The notes: generated from the sequence alone by a model not told the origin. Numbered from the whole stretch's first letter, positions 28,112 through 38,891 are shown. The stretch is 62,508 nt of DNA, filler included, from 6 parts of 6 records of this genome joined end to end with filler, not necessarily neighbours in it, one strand, 5' to 3'. Translations and numbers: made by a program.

Positions 28112-29308
28112 CTATTCCCCGACACCGGCAAAGCTGCGCATGTCGAATATGCTGTTATCCAGAAACGCATCCGGGCCGACAAACGCCCGGTCGGCGGCAT
28201 CATTTACGCCCTCAACCCGCCAGTCATCATGTGGAAGCGCAACATCAAGCCCCTTGACCGCACGGCGATAAAGGTCGGGTCGGTATATGTCGGATATAAG
28301 CGTATTGAAATCGACGCTAGCATCCACCTGCCCCCAACGCTGCATCTGTGTGCCGACCCACGCCCCCTGCGACAGCCACGGGAACGTTGCGGTATAGCGA
28401 TAAAACACATGGCGATCGTGTGCCTCAATCGGATTGTCCCCGGGTTTAAGCACCGGTCGGCCAAGCAACGATGCCCGCAGAATATCAAACGATGCGCCGA
28501 CATGGTTTTCACCAGACAGCAATTGCGCCAGTTCGGTGCGGTTTTCCGGCTGATCGGCCCATTCGGCCGACCGGACAAGCGCACGCACCAGTGCATCCAC
28601 CGTATCGGGATTGGACTGCACCCAGTCTTCGCGCACGCCAAGAACCTTTTCCGGGCTGCGCGCCCAGATATCTTCCTTAAGCGCGACAATCACCCCATCC
28701 CCATGGAACACCGCCCGCTGGTTCCAGGGCTCCCCCACGCAATAGCCATCGACCCAGCCATTGCGCAGACTGTCAAACATCCGTGGTGGCGCAATCACGC
28801 CGATATTAACGTCCTTATCGGGGTCAATACCGCCCGCCGCCATCCAGTAACGCAGTTCGTAATTATGGCTTGAATACGGGAACACGGTCGCAAAGGACAT
28901 GATCGGACGACCGGCCGCCCGGTCTTCATCAATCACCTTTTTCAGTGCCCGTGCCGAAAGCCCGCGCGGCCCGTGCATCGCCGCCGGATCCGCTTCAAGC
29001 ATCCGCTGATAAAGCCGGGTTGAAACCGTAATCGCGTTCCCGCCCCGCCCCAGCGCCATCGGCACCGCAATGCGCTGCGACGGCATGCCGCCAAGCCCAA
29101 GCCGCGCTGCCAGCGGAATACCCGCCAGAAGATGCGCCGCGTCATAAACACCATAAGACAGCTTGTCGCGAATGGCTGCCCAGGACATTTCCCGGATCAG
29201 GGTCAGGTCAATATTTTCTTCCTCGGCAAAGCCCTTGGCACGCGCCACGACAGGCAGGGCACAATCCACAAGTGGCACAAAGCCAAGTCGAACCTGTTTA
29301 AGGGACAT
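28112..29308 (-). CDS. nasS: Cytoplasmic nitrate sensor NasS (NrtA/CmpA-like, no signal peptide)
   Basis: LGFVPLVDCA, SWAAIRDK, VFPYSSHNYELRYW, GYCVGEPWN; directly follows an ANTAR gene. Confidence 0.8.
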   Translation of the reverse strand: MSLKQVRLGFVPLVDCALPVVARAKGFAEEENIDLTLIREMSWAAIRDKLSYGVYDAAHLLAGIPLAARLGLGGMPSQRIAVPMALGRGGNAITVSTRLYQRMLEADPAAMHGPRGLSARALKKVIDEDRAAGRPIMSFATVFPYSSHNYELRYWMAAGGIDPDKDVNIGVIAPPRMFDSLRNGWVDGYCVGEPWNQRAVFHGDGVIVALKEDIWARSPEKVLGVREDWVQSNPDTVDALVRALVRSAEWADQPENRTELAQLLSGENHVGASFDILRASLLGRPVLKPGDNPIEAHDRHVFYRYTATFPWLSQGAWVGTQMQRWGQVDASVDFNTLISDIYRPDLYRRAVKGLDVALPHDDWRVEGVNDAADRAFVGPDAFLDNSIFDMRSFAGVGE

Positions 29309-29311
29309 GCG

Positions 29312-29899
29312 TTAGAACTCCAACTGAAAGGCCGTGATCACGCTTTGCGCGATTTCAGAAATTTTGCGGTTCTGTTTCATGGCGTTTTTGCGCAGCAGGT
29401 TATAGGCCTCGTCCTCGCTCAGCCCCTTTTCCTGCATCAGAAGTCCTTTCGCCCGATCAATCAACTTGCGATCATTAAGCTTGGCCTTGGCTTCGTCCCG
29501 TTCCCGGCGCAACTGGTCAAACGCGTTGAAACGCGAAATGGCCATTTCGACGATGGGCCGAATACGATCCTGACGCAAGCCATCAACGACATAGGCACTG
29601 ACCCCGGCCTCTACCGCCTCGCGGATCGTGTTGCTGTCGCTTTGATCGACAAACATCGCAATCGGGCGCGCAATAACACGCGATACCTGAAACATCTGTT
29701 CCAGCGTATCACGGTCCGGGTTTTCAAGATCAATGATGATGATGTCGGGGGCCAACGCCTGAATGCGTTCGACCAGATTGTATGACGTGCCGATGCGGCT
29801 GACACGGGTATAGCCACTTTCGACAAGGCCGCGCTCGACAATGGCGGCACGGTCCGGGTTTTCGTCGATCACCAGAATGCTGAAGTCTTCAAGCTTCAT
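29312..29899 (-). CDS. nasT: ANTAR antiterminator NasT
   Basis: Receiver-like N-terminus (AGVSAYVVDG) and ANTAR (RKLIDRAKGLLM…SEDEAYNLLRKNAM). Confidence 0.88.
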   Translation of the reverse strand: MKLEDFSILVIDENPDRAAIVERGLVESGYTRVSRIGTSYNLVERIQALAPDIIIIDLENPDRDTLEQMFQVSRVIARPIAMFVDQSDSNTIREAVEAGVSAYVVDGLRQDRIRPIVEMAISRFNAFDQLRRERDEAKAKLNDRKLIDRAKGLLMQEKGLSEDEAYNLLRKNAMKQNRKISEIAQSVITAFQLEF

Positions 29900-29981
29900 T
29901 TAAACCAACCCAAATCCCTGACGATCAAGGTCTCTCTCCTGTCTGTTCTTTTTCGCCCGAACCTTGATGGCCCGGTGAGAA

Positions 29982-30009
29982 CCGGGATGCGGCACATGCC
30001 GCATCCCGG
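29982..30009. terminator. Perfect 12-bp GC stem-loop between narK and nasT
   Basis: ccgggatgcggc-acat-gccgcatcccgg; weak U tract. Confidence 0.5.
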
Positions 30010-30021
30010 AAAGATCGTATG

Positions 30022-30760
30022 TTATTCTGCCGGAACCGCCTGCGCACCGGATGGCAGCGCATCGCGTTCCTGCATGGCTTTTTCGAAACGTTCCTTTTCC
30101 TCGGCCACGGTCTTTTCCGAGAAACGAACCGCAAGCGCTGCAAAGGAACAGATAATCACGGCAATGCCAAGATACATCAGGCCCTGCTGATAGGTCAGTG
30201 CTTCGGATTTGAACAGGAAGCCCGCGGCAACCGCCCCGGCATTCCCGCCCGCACCGACAATACCGGCAACCGAGCCAAGCGCCTTGCGATTAACAAACGG
30301 AACAATCCCGAATGTCGCACCTTCGGACATCTGCACGAAAAGCGAGAAGACCACCATCATCGACACCGCGATGACCAGCGCATCCATCATCGAAAACGCA
30401 ACAAGTGCAACCCCTTCGATGAACAGCGCCAGGAACAGGAACTTGACCCGCCCCGAAAGCCCGCCCTTGGCGGCAAACTTGTCGGAAAACACCCCGCCCA
30501 GCGTACGGGCAAAGATGTTCATCAGGCCAAACAGCCCCGCAATCAGACCGGCGGTCTGAAGGCTAAGTTCAAACCGGTCAAAGAAATAGATCGCGGCAAT
30601 GTTGTTGATCGTAAGCTCGACACCGAAACACGCCCCGTAAACCAGAAACAGCGCCCAGACCCGGTAATCCTTGGCCGCGGCCAGCATGCCCTTGGTCGCA
30701 CCGGCATGATCATCTTCCGGTGACAGGGCACCGCTTTTGCGCATGTCGGCATAGTTGCCA
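30022..30760 (-). CDS. MFS nitrate/nitrite transporter (NarK/NRT2), 5' truncated
   Basis: YGACFGVEL, FGLMNIFARTLGG, EGATFGIVP, GIVGAGGNAGA nitrate signature. Confidence 0.9.
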
Positions 30761-30860
30761 NNNNNNNNNNNNNNNNNNNNNNNNNNNNNNNNNNNNNNNN
30801 NNNNTTAATTAATTAANNNNNNNNNNNNNNNNNNNNNNNNNNNNNNNNNNNNNNNNNNNN
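30761..30860. other. Artificial contig spacer
   Basis: N44-TTAATTAATTAA-N44. Confidence 0.97.
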
Positions 30861-31587
30861 GATCAACACCCGCCGTGTCACACAATCCCACATAAATTCT
30901 TGCAATGGCGTCGTTCTTCTCCCCACCGGTCAGCGCAGACGCAGCCACGCAAGCACGGTACTGAACCAACGCATCTTGCCAACGCGCAAGGCCGATCAGG
31001 GCCAACATTCGCAAACGCTGAACCTGGGGCAACTTGGCAGCCAGGGGATCCATGGCATCAAGCATGGAAAGTGCGCTGGAAAAGTCTTTTCTGGACAAAG
31101 CCACCTTGCCACGCAACACCACCAGCGCATGCGAATGCTCGCCCACTTTGGCCTTTTCCTGATTCAGAATTTCTTCGGCCACATCAAAACGATCCGCCTG
31201 AATTGCTGACATGGCACGAATCAGATAACTCAAATCAGTTTCGATTCCGGTTTTGCTGGCCTGGTTCAAGGCCTTTTGTGCACCTTGTTCATCGCCTGTA
31301 ATCAACGCAATCAATCCTTGGGTATTGGCTTTCAACAATGCCGCCTGCTTGCGGTTCATCCAGTATTCCTTGAATTTCCCCGGCAACTGGCTTGATGCGC
31401 GCCAGGTACGCAACACCACATGTAGTGCTAGAAACAGCAGCAAAATTGCCAGGATGACAAAGTTCAGCGACATGTCAATTCGGTACTGGCCGAAAAAAAC
31501 CAGCACTTTCGATTCGTTGCCCTGCGCCATCAACGTGACGGCCACAGCAATCACCACCACCAGCAAGAAGCCAATCAACTGCTTCAT
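30861..31587 (-). CDS. hemY: HemY-type heme-biosynthesis-associated TPR protein, 3' truncated
   Basis: Two N-terminal TMs around VLVFFGQYRIDMSLN, then helical repeats; ATGA overlap with hemDX. Confidence 0.75.
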
Positions 31588-33536
31588 TGGCGCTCCCCCT
31601 GCTGGCCAGCAACAGCCAGGCGCAAAGCAGCTGTAGTGGCTTGCAATTCAGGCAACACCAGGTCCAGTTGCACCTCGTTGATTTGGGCAATCACGGTTTG
31701 CGCGCGTTGCACCTGCAAGGATTTGGTATCGAAATAAGTCGCCAACAAATTTGAAGAACGCTCAAGATCAGACTTCAACAGTGTGGCCTGCCTGGACAGC
31801 AAGGAAATTCGGGCATTGAGCAGCGAAAGCCTCAAGGTGTTACGCAGATCGATTTCCTGGCGATTGGACAGCATCAGTACATCCGGACTGCCAACCTTGG
31901 TGACTTCAACCAGCGACTTGATGTCGTACCACACGATTTGAGCCACTTTCTTTGCGGCCCCCCAGGCCTTCTGAAGACCCTGCTCAGTCGTAATGTCTTG
32001 TTCAGTTTCTGCCTGCTCAACAGCAACTGGCTCCTCTGTCATTTCAGCCAGGGTTTGATCAGTTTTCGCCTGCACGCTGGACAAGGTGGGCAAACTTTCA
32101 ACCGAGTTGATCACCGCATCCAGCGAAATCGCCAACTTCAACAAATCATCGCTTGGCAAGGCCTTGATTTCAGACAAATCTGTTTCCAGCGCTGTGCGCA
32201 AATTCAGCAAGGAAGGCTTTTCCGTGCCCTCAAGCAACTCGATTGCCTGCGACAAAGCGATCGATGCGCCATTCACATTGCCCAGCAAGTAAAGCTGACG
32301 TTTGGCAATTGAAATCAGCTGCTCGACCTCGCTGAGCGACACCTCGGTTCGGCTGGCCAACAAGCTGTTGTAAACCTCTTCCAGGCTGGCGCGCTGGCTT
32401 GCCTCTTCTTTCTGCGCAAGCTCGAGTAAGTCAAAACGGGTTTTCAGGTCTTTGGTCAAATCGCCCGACTTGCCAATTTCTTCTTTCACCAAATCCAGCG
32501 TGGTCGATTCTTTTTGAATGCGTTCGCCGAAAGCCATGCGGGTTTTTTCAATCTGATTCTTGCCTGCAAACGCAATCAACAGAATCAATACAAAACTGAC
32601 CACAGAAATGAAAAACGCCGCTTTGCCCAACCACTGGTTGCCGGGCTGATCTTGAGATGGCGCGGTGGATGGCACTTTGGAGGGTGCCGCGGATGGTGAC
32701 GCTGCTGAAATTTGATTGTTGTTGTCCATGCTCTTCTTGTTGGATTTAAGCCATGAATTGACTGATTGTATCCCTGTTGCAATCTCTACAACATGGACAT
32801 ATCCCAATTCCACGCATTTGGCGGTAATGCGCGGGTGGGTGGTCAACAGGGTAGCCTTTTGGCGCAATTCGTCCAATCGGCCTGCCGATTTCTGCTTCAA
32901 CTGCTGATCAAGTACCGCAATTGTTTCACTGCTGGTGATCCACAGCACAGCCTGGTCAGCCTTGCTGAACAACTTTTCGCACTGGCTGTCGGTTTGTTCA
33001 ATCACGCGTCGATCGTAGCATTCAAGCACCGTGACGACGTGTCCCATCTCTTGCAGTTTTTTTGGAAACTCAACCCGTCCGCGTGGCCCTTTGCAAACCA
33101 GCACCTCACAGCTGCCTTGCCCAAAGTGCTTGCTCATCAGGCGGGCAAGCCCGTCAGAATCCTCGGTTTCGTCATCACCGCTGCCAGTGGGTGCAATAAT
33201 CTTGTCTTTCGGCACACCCATTTGCAATGCCAGTTTGGCACTTTGCTTGCCCATTACACCGCAATACACATCGCCAGGCCAGCTTCCCAAATGGGTCAAG
33301 GCAATTTCAATAACCGATGGGCTGACAAACACAATGACGCGGTTTTGCATGTCGCTCGGTTCATTGAGCCAGCTCTGAATACCAGCCATGGCCAAACAGT
33401 CGGGAACCAGCTCAAAGACCGGAAAATAAACAACATCAGCATGTTGCGCTTGTAAAAGCTCATGCTTTAAATCATCCTGCTGTGCCACATAACGTTCGGG
33501 CAACTTGGGTTTGCAAACGACCAAGGTGTGGGTCAT
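31584..33536 (-). CDS. hemDX: Fused HemD (uroporphyrinogen-III synthase) and HemX
   Basis: HemD motifs FVSPS, DSDGL, KGPRGR, ECYDR, ITSSE, HPRI; TM; HemX motifs SEVEQLISIAKRQL, LRLSLLNARISLL, YFD. Confidence 0.85.
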   Translation of the reverse strand: MTHTLVVCKPKLPERYVAQQDDLKHELLQAQHADVVYFPVFELVPDCLAMAGIQSWLNEPSDMQNRVIVFVSPSVIEIALTHLGSWPGDVYCGVMGKQSAKLALQMGVPKDKIIAPTGSGDDETEDSDGLARLMSKHFGQGSCEVLVCKGPRGRVEFPKKLQEMGHVVTVLECYDRRVIEQTDSQCEKLFSKADQAVLWITSSETIAVLDQQLKQKSAGRLDELRQKATLLTTHPRITAKCVELGYVHVVEIATGIQSVNSWLKSNKKSMDNNNQISAASPSAAPSKVPSTAPSQDQPGNQWLGKAAFFISVVSFVLILLIAFAGKNQIEKTRMAFGERIQKESTTLDLVKEEIGKSGDLTKDLKTRFDLLELAQKEEASQRASLEEVYNSLLASRTEVSLSEVEQLISIAKRQLYLLGNVNGASIALSQAIELLEGTEKPSLLNLRTALETDLSEIKALPSDDLLKLAISLDAVINSVESLPTLSSVQAKTDQTLAEMTEEPVAVEQAETEQDITTEQGLQKAWGAAKKVAQIVWYDIKSLVEVTKVGSPDVLMLSNRQEIDLRNTLRLSLLNARISLLSRQATLLKSDLERSSNLLATYFDTKSLQVQRAQTVIAQINEVQLDLVLPELQATTAALRLAVAGQQGERQ

Positions 33537-33545
33537 GTCAATGTT

Positions 33546-34493
33546 CTACCCATTGAATTGTTGAACTGCGGTGTCGATCAATTCTTGTGCGCCCTCGTTC
33601 AGCAGGTCTTTGATGACCTCGTCAGACACTTCCTGCCAACGATCAACGGAACCCGAGGCACTTTTTTCAATCACCGACAAACCGTCCGGGCTGGCCACCA
33701 AGGCACGCAAAGTAAACGTGTGCGGATTGTCCAAAGTGGCGTAACCAGCGATGGGTACCTGGCAGCTGCCGCCCAAAGCCTTGGACACTGAACGCTCGGC
33801 ACTGACCAAAGCGGTACACACCGGGTCAATCAGGCGCCCTGCAACACTGGCCAACAGCGAATCGTTCTTGCGAATTTCAAGCCCCAACGCACCTTGCCCC
33901 ACCGCTGGCAACATGTCGGTTGAATCAATTACGTTCCGGATGCGGGAATGAAGGCCCAAGCGTTTCAAACCGGCCGCGGCCAACACGATGGCCTGGTATT
34001 GGCCAGAATCAAGTTTGCCCAAGCGGGTATCCAGGTTGCCACGCAAAGGCTCCACTTTCAAATGCGGGAATCGAGCCAGCACCTGGGCCTGCCTGCGCAA
34101 GCTTGAACTGCCCACAATGGCACCAACGGGCATGTCCGCAAGGCTGTTGTAGTTGTTGGAAACAAAAGCATCATGCGGGTCTTCACGGGTCATGAAGCCC
34201 AGCAAACGAAATTCGGGATCCACGTCCATGGGAATGTCTTTGCCCGAATGCACAGCCAGATCAGCGCGCCCTTCCAGCAAAGCGTATTCAAGTTCTTTGA
34301 TGAACAAACCCTTGCCACCTATTTTGGCCAGCGAACGGTCAAGAATCTGATCGCCTTTCGTGGTCATGCCCACAATTTCAACGGTTGACACCTCTGGCAG
34401 GGCCAGCAAAAGATCTCGGACATGCTCGGCCTGCCACATGGCGAGGCGGCTTTCTCTGGACGCAATTCGTATTTTCATTCGGTTTGGCGACAC
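33546..34493 (-). CDS. hemC: Hydroxymethylbilane synthase (alternative start 34478)
   Basis: IASRESRLAMWQA, GGKGLFIKELE, AVHSGKD, SSLRR, LRGNLDTRL, GGSCQVP. Confidence 0.96.
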   Translation of the reverse strand: MSPNRMKIRIASRESRLAMWQAEHVRDLLLALPEVSTVEIVGMTTKGDQILDRSLAKIGGKGLFIKELEYALLEGRADLAVHSGKDIPMDVDPEFRLLGFMTREDPHDAFVSNNYNSLADMPVGAIVGSSSLRRQAQVLARFPHLKVEPLRGNLDTRLGKLDSGQYQAIVLAAAGLKRLGLHSRIRNVIDSTDMLPAVGQGALGLEIRKNDSLLASVAGRLIDPVCTALVSAERSVSKALGGSCQVPIAGYATLDNPHTFTLRALVASPDGLSVIEKSASGSVDRWQEVSDEVIKDLLNEGAQELIDTAVQQFNG

Positions 34494-34627
34494 GACAAGT
34501 CGCGACTCAGTAGGAAATTTTCAATCAAATCCCCACAGCTTGGCCGTGAGAACGGGTTCATGGCGAAAGTCTAGCACGCCAAACCTTTATAATTAGGCAC
34601 TATTCCAAAGTGCATAAAGGATTCCCC

Positions 34628-36052
34628 ATGTCGAACCAATGGTCCAAAAAACAGGAAGCTTGGTCAGCCCGTTTCAACGAACCCATGTCTGAACTGGTGA
34701 AACGCTACACCGCGTCCGTGTTTTTCGACAAACGACTGGCTGAATTTGACATTCAGGGATCGCTGGCGCACGCCACCATGCTGGCCGAACAAAAAGTGAT
34801 CGGGCAAGCCGACCTGCAAGCCATTGAAGGCGGCATGAAGCAAATTCTGGATGAAATTCGCGCGGGCCAGTTTGAATGGCAACTTGACCTGGAAGACGTG
34901 CACCTGAACATTGAACGCCGCCTGACCGAACTGGTGGGCGATGCTGGCAAACGCCTGCACACGGGCCGTTCACGCAACGACCAGGTTGCCACCGACATTC
35001 GCCTGTTCCTGCGCCACGAAGTGGACCGAATTGCAGGCCTGATCAAAACCCTGATTGCTGCATTGGTGACCGTGGCTGAACGCAACCACGACACTGTCAT
35101 GCCTGGCTTCACCCACCTGCAAGTGGCACAACCCGTTACATTTGGGCACCACTTGCTGGCCTATGCAGAAATGTTTGAGCGCGACCTGGAGCGCATGCAG
35201 GATTGCCGCAAACGCATGAACCGCATGCCCCTGGGCGCCGCCGCACTGGCAGGCACCACATTCCCGATTAACCGCAACCGCACAGCTGAACTGCTTGAAT
35301 TTGATGCACCCACCCGCAACAGCCTCGATTCAGTGTCTGATCGCGACTTCGCAATCGAGTTTTGTTCGGCCAGCAGCATTTTGATGATGCATGTCTCGCG
35401 CCTGTCTGAAGAATTGATTATCTGGATGAGCCAGCGGTACGCATTCATTGACCTGCCCGACCGTTTCTGCACCGGCTCGTCCATCATGCCGCAAAAGAAA
35501 AACCCGGACGTACCTGAGCTGGCGCGCGGCAAAACAGGTCGTGTGTATGGCCATTTAATGGGCCTTCTTACCTTGATGAAAGGCCAGCCACTGGCTTACA
35601 ACAAAGACAACCAGGAAGACAAAGAACCCCTGTTTGACACCGTAGACACCGTGGTGGACACCCTGACCATTTTCGCTGAAATGGTTGAGGGCATTCAAGT
35701 AAAAGCCGACAACATGCGCGCAGCCACGCTGGAAGGCTACGCCACGGCAACCGACCTGGCCGATGCCTTGGTAAAACGCGGCATGCCATTTCGCGACGCA
35801 CACGAGGCCGTGGCCCGTGCTGTGCGCTATTGCGACACGCAGCATTGCGGGCTGGAACAACTGACAGTGCCTCAACTTCAGGAAGCTTTGCGATTGACCG
35901 AACTTGGGTACAGCGATGACCTGGTAGACCACGAATTGTGCGCGGTGCTAACACTGGAAGGGTCTTTGCTGGCCCGCAATCACATCGGTGGCACCAACCC
36001 CGCCCAGGTCAAGGCCGCTGCGGCGCAAACCCGCTTACGCCTGGGCCTGTAA
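34628..36052 (+). CDS. argH: Argininosuccinate lyase
   Basis: [41 protein letters not shown]. Confidence 0.97.
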   Translation: MSNQWSKKQEAWSARFNEPMSELVKRYTASVFFDKRLAEFDIQGSLAHATMLAEQKVIGQADLQAIEGGMKQILDEIRAGQFEWQLDLEDVHLNIERRLTELVGDAGKRLHTGRSRNDQVATDIRLFLRHEVDRIAGLIKTLIAALVTVAERNHDTVMPGFTHLQVAQPVTFGHHLLAYAEMFERDLERMQDCRKRMNRMPLGAAALAGTTFPINRNRTAELLEFDAPTRNSLDSVSDRDFAIEFCSASSILMMHVSRLSEELIIWMSQRYAFIDLPDRFCTGSSIMPQKKNPDVPELARGKTGRVYGHLMGLLTLMKGQPLAYNKDNQEDKEPLFDTVDTVVDTLTIFAEMVEGIQVKADNMRAATLEGYATATDLADALVKRGMPFRDAHEAVARAVRYCDTQHCGLEQLTVPQLQEALRLTELGYSDDLVDHELCAVLTLEGSLLARNHIGGTNPAQVKAAAAQTRLRLGL

Positions 36053-36054
36053 GC

Positions 36055-36570
36055 TTGAACGCCCTGCTTGGCATCTCCAACCGCATCGACTGGCTAAACG
36101 CCAAGGTCGGCGTGGCTGTGGGCTGGCTGATATTGATCACCACTGTTGTGTCGGCCTACAACGCCGTGGTGCGCAAAGCCTTTGATACCAGCAGCAACGG
36201 CATGCTTGAAATTCAATGGTATCTGTTTGGTGCTGTGTTTTTATTGGGTGCGGCCTACACCCTGCAGCAGAATGCGCACGTGCGCATTGACTTGCTTTCC
36301 AGTCGATTTACCGAGAAAACCCGCGCCTGGATCGACATTGTTGGGCATGTTTTCTTCACCCTGCCCTTGATAGGCATTGTGATTGTTCACGGCTGGGACT
36401 TTGCTTATCAGTCTTTTGTCGTCAATGAATATTCACCCGATTCAGGCGGCCTGATCCGCTGGCCTGCCAAGGCGTTAATTGTGCTGGGGTTCACCCTGCT
36501 GGGCATGCAAGTGTTTTCTGAACTCATCAAGAAGCTGGCAACGCTGCGCAATGCGCACACTTTGACATAA
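36055..36570 (+). CDS. dctQ: TRAP transporter small permease
   Basis: EIQWYLFGAVFLLGAAYTL, HVRIDL, SPDSGGLIRWP; TTG start right after the argH stop. Confidence 0.85.
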   Translation: MNALLGISNRIDWLNAKVGVAVGWLILITTVVSAYNAVVRKAFDTSSNGMLEIQWYLFGAVFLLGAAYTLQQNAHVRIDLLSSRFTEKTRAWIDIVGHVFFTLPLIGIVIVHGWDFAYQSFVVNEYSPDSGGLIRWPAKALIVLGFTLLGMQVFSELIKKLATLRNAHTLT

Positions 36571-36573
36571 ACC

Positions 36574-38022
36574 ATGCCAATCATTCCGGTCGAGTGGCTA
36601 CCTCCCATCATGTTTGCCGTGTTGCTTGTCTTCATGGTGTCTGGCTTTCCCGTTGCGTTTGCATTGGCAGCCAATGGCCTGCTGTTTGGCTACGTGGCCA
36701 TTGAACAGGGACTTATGAGCCCCGCCTTGCTGCAAGCCCTGCCCGATCGGATTTTTGGCATCATGAGCAACGACACCTTGCTGGCCATTCCTTTCTTCAC
36801 ATTCATGGGCCTGGTGCTTGAACGCAGCGGCATGGCCGAAGACCTGCTGGAAACGATCGGGCAATTGTTTGGTCGGGTTCGGGGTGGATTGGCCTATGCC
36901 GTTATTTTGGTAGGTGCCTTGCTGGCAGCCACAACCGGCGTTGTCGCAGCTTCGGTTATTTCGATGGGCTTGATTTCCCTCCCAGTCATGTTGAAGTATG
37001 GCTACAGCAAACCGGTGGCCACTGGGGTAATTGCTGCATCAGGAACGTTGGCACAAATACTTCCACCGTCACTGGTGCTGATTGTGCTGGGCGACCAACT
37101 GGGTGTGTCTGTTGGTGAAATGTACAAAGGCGCGATGGTGCCCTCTCTCATGCTGGTGGGCCTGTTCATGCTGTATGTATTTGCGGTAACTCGCTTGCAA
37201 CAAAGCGCCCTGCCCGCCTTGCCCGCAGAGTCCTGCGATTTCGGTTCAAGCAACGTGGGCTTGCGCAAAGCAAAGGCTGTGCTGTTTGTTCTTATTCCAC
37301 CCGTGGCACTGATTTTCCTTGTTCTTGGCACAATCTTCCTCGGCATTGCCACACCCACAGAAGGTGGTGCAATGGGTGCCGTGGGTGCATTGGTGCTGGC
37401 GTATTTCAAAAAACGCCTGAACCTGGGCATGCTAAAACAATCGATTGATTCCACCACCAAGCTGTCTTGCTTCGTGTTGTTTATCTTGATTGGTTCTACT
37501 GTGTTCGGCCTGACATTCAGGGCGGTCGAAGGTGACCTGTGGGTTGAACACCTGATGGGCGACCTGCCCGGCGGTGAACTTGGTTTCTTGATTGCCGTTC
37601 AAATCCTGATTTTCGTTCTCGGCTTCTTTCTCGATTTTTTCGAGATCGCTTTCATCGTCATCCCCTTGCTTGCGCCAGTGGCGGACAAACTGGGAATTGA
37701 CATGGTGTGGTTCGGGGTCATGATTGCCATGAACATGCAAACGTCATTCCTGACACCACCCTTTGGCTTCTCACTGTTCTACCTAAGATCAGTTGCGCCC
37801 AAGGTGATCAAAACAATTGAAATTTACAAAGGCTCAATACCATTTGTCGCCATGCAGCTAATCATGGTTGCTGTTATTTTCATATTTCCGGAATTGGTAA
37901 CACAAGAGAAAAAAGTGAAACTTGAGGACAAACCATTGAGCCTTGAGCTGCCAACGCAAAATTACGGCGGTGAAAGCAATTCAGAAAATGCTCAACCATT
38001 TGTTCCGCAATTCAGCGAATAA
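36574..38022 (+). CDS. dctM: TRAP transporter large permease
   Basis: LLAIPFFTFMG, SGTLAQILPPS, GIATPTEGGA, QTSFLTPPFGFSLFYL. Confidence 0.92.
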   Translation: MPIIPVEWLPPIMFAVLLVFMVSGFPVAFALAANGLLFGYVAIEQGLMSPALLQALPDRIFGIMSNDTLLAIPFFTFMGLVLERSGMAEDLLETIGQLFGRVRGGLAYAVILVGALLAATTGVVAASVISMGLISLPVMLKYGYSKPVATGVIAASGTLAQILPPSLVLIVLGDQLGVSVGEMYKGAMVPSLMLVGLFMLYVFAVTRLQQSALPALPAESCDFGSSNVGLRKAKAVLFVLIPPVALIFLVLGTIFLGIATPTEGGAMGAVGALVLAYFKKRLNLGMLKQSIDSTTKLSCFVLFILIGSTVFGLTFRAVEGDLWVEHLMGDLPGGELGFLIAVQILIFVLGFFLDFFEIAFIVIPLLAPVADKLGIDMVWFGVMIAMNMQTSFLTPPFGFSLFYLRSVAPKVIKTIEIYKGSIPFVAMQLIMVAVIFIFPELVTQEKKVKLEDKPLSLELPTQNYGGESNSENAQPFVPQFSE

Positions 38023-38053
38023 CAAGCGCTACCCAGGCACGCAAAATCCACTT

Positions 38054-38204
38054 TCAACCGGTTTTTTTTGCGCCTGGTTTTGAGATGTCGGCTTTCACTG
38101 CAATGCGGTCAGCAAGTTCAAGCACAAACACCGTACCACCCTCCTGAACATTGCTGGTCGACAAATTCCATTCCATTTCCTGACACAGGCGCTTCACCAC
38201 ATAC
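38054..38204 (-). CDS. C-terminal fragment of a sensor histidine kinase (HATPase end)
   Basis: Hand translation YVVKRLCQEMEWNLSTSNVQEGGTVFVLEL…KKTG*, fits the post-G2-box pattern. Confidence 0.6.
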
Positions 38205-38304
38205 NNNNNNNNNNNNNNNNNNNNNNNNNNNNNNNNNNNNNNNNNNNNTTAATTAATTAANNNNNNNNNNNNNNNNNNNNNNNNNNNNNNNNNNNNNNNN
38301 NNNN
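38205..38304. other. Artificial contig spacer
   Basis: N44-TTAATTAATTAA-N44. Confidence 0.97.
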
Positions 38305-38537
38305 TTGTTGAAGCAGATAAACGTGTGTTGGCAGATCCGGCCCCGAATATCGCAGTTACACAGCTGGCGGACAGCAGTGTCAACCTCATTGTCCGCCCCT
38401 GGGTTGCCACGGGCGACTACTGGGGGGTCTATTGGGATCTCACCGAAGCCATCAAAAAGCGCTTTGATAAGGAAGAGATTTCCATTCCTTTCCCGCAACG
38501 CGATGTGCATTTGTATCCGACAGCCGATAACGCTTGA
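38305..38537 (+). CDS. MscS-family channel, C-terminal fragment
   Basis: LADSSVNLIVRPW, ISIPFPQRDVHL. Confidence 0.85.
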
Positions 38538-38550
38538 AGGTAAAATGCTC

Positions 38551-38576
38551 AAGGCCCCTGTGAAGGGGCCTTTTTT
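38551..38576 (+). terminator. Intrinsic terminator
   Basis: aaggcccct-gtga-aggggcctttttt. Confidence 0.85.
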
Positions 38577-38599
38577 GTTCTATAAATAGAGAGGTACAC

Positions 38600-38851
38600 A
38601 TGGGTATTCTTTCCTGGATCGTACTTGGCCTGGTGGCCGGAATTCTTGCCAAATGGATCATGCCGGGCAGGGATGGTGGTGGGTTTATTCTCACGGTACT
38701 GTTGGGTATTGTCGGCGCTTTTGTCGGTGGCTGGATTGGTTCGTTGCTGGGCTTTGGCGGTGCGGGTGGCTTCAGTTTAGCCAGTATCGCCACGGCCACG
38801 GTGGGCGCCATTCTGATTTTGCTGCTTTACCGGCAGTTGAGAAAACAGTGA
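38600..38851 (+). CDS. GlsB/YeaQ/YmgE (transglycosylase-associated) membrane protein
   Basis: MGILSWIVLGLVAGILAKWIMPG…TVLLGIVGAFVGG; GAGG RBS. Confidence 0.92.
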   Translation: MGILSWIVLGLVAGILAKWIMPGRDGGGFILTVLLGIVGAFVGGWIGSLLGFGGAGGFSLASIATATVGAILILLLYRQLRKQ

Positions 38852-38891
38852 ATTTCGGCAGCTGTCCTGTTTAGTGAACACCGAGGAGAAC

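Noticed and set aside
28112-29308. Periplasmic nitrate ABC binding protein NrtA
   Set aside because: No signal peptide, no permease or ATPase adjacent, and it is paired with nasT.
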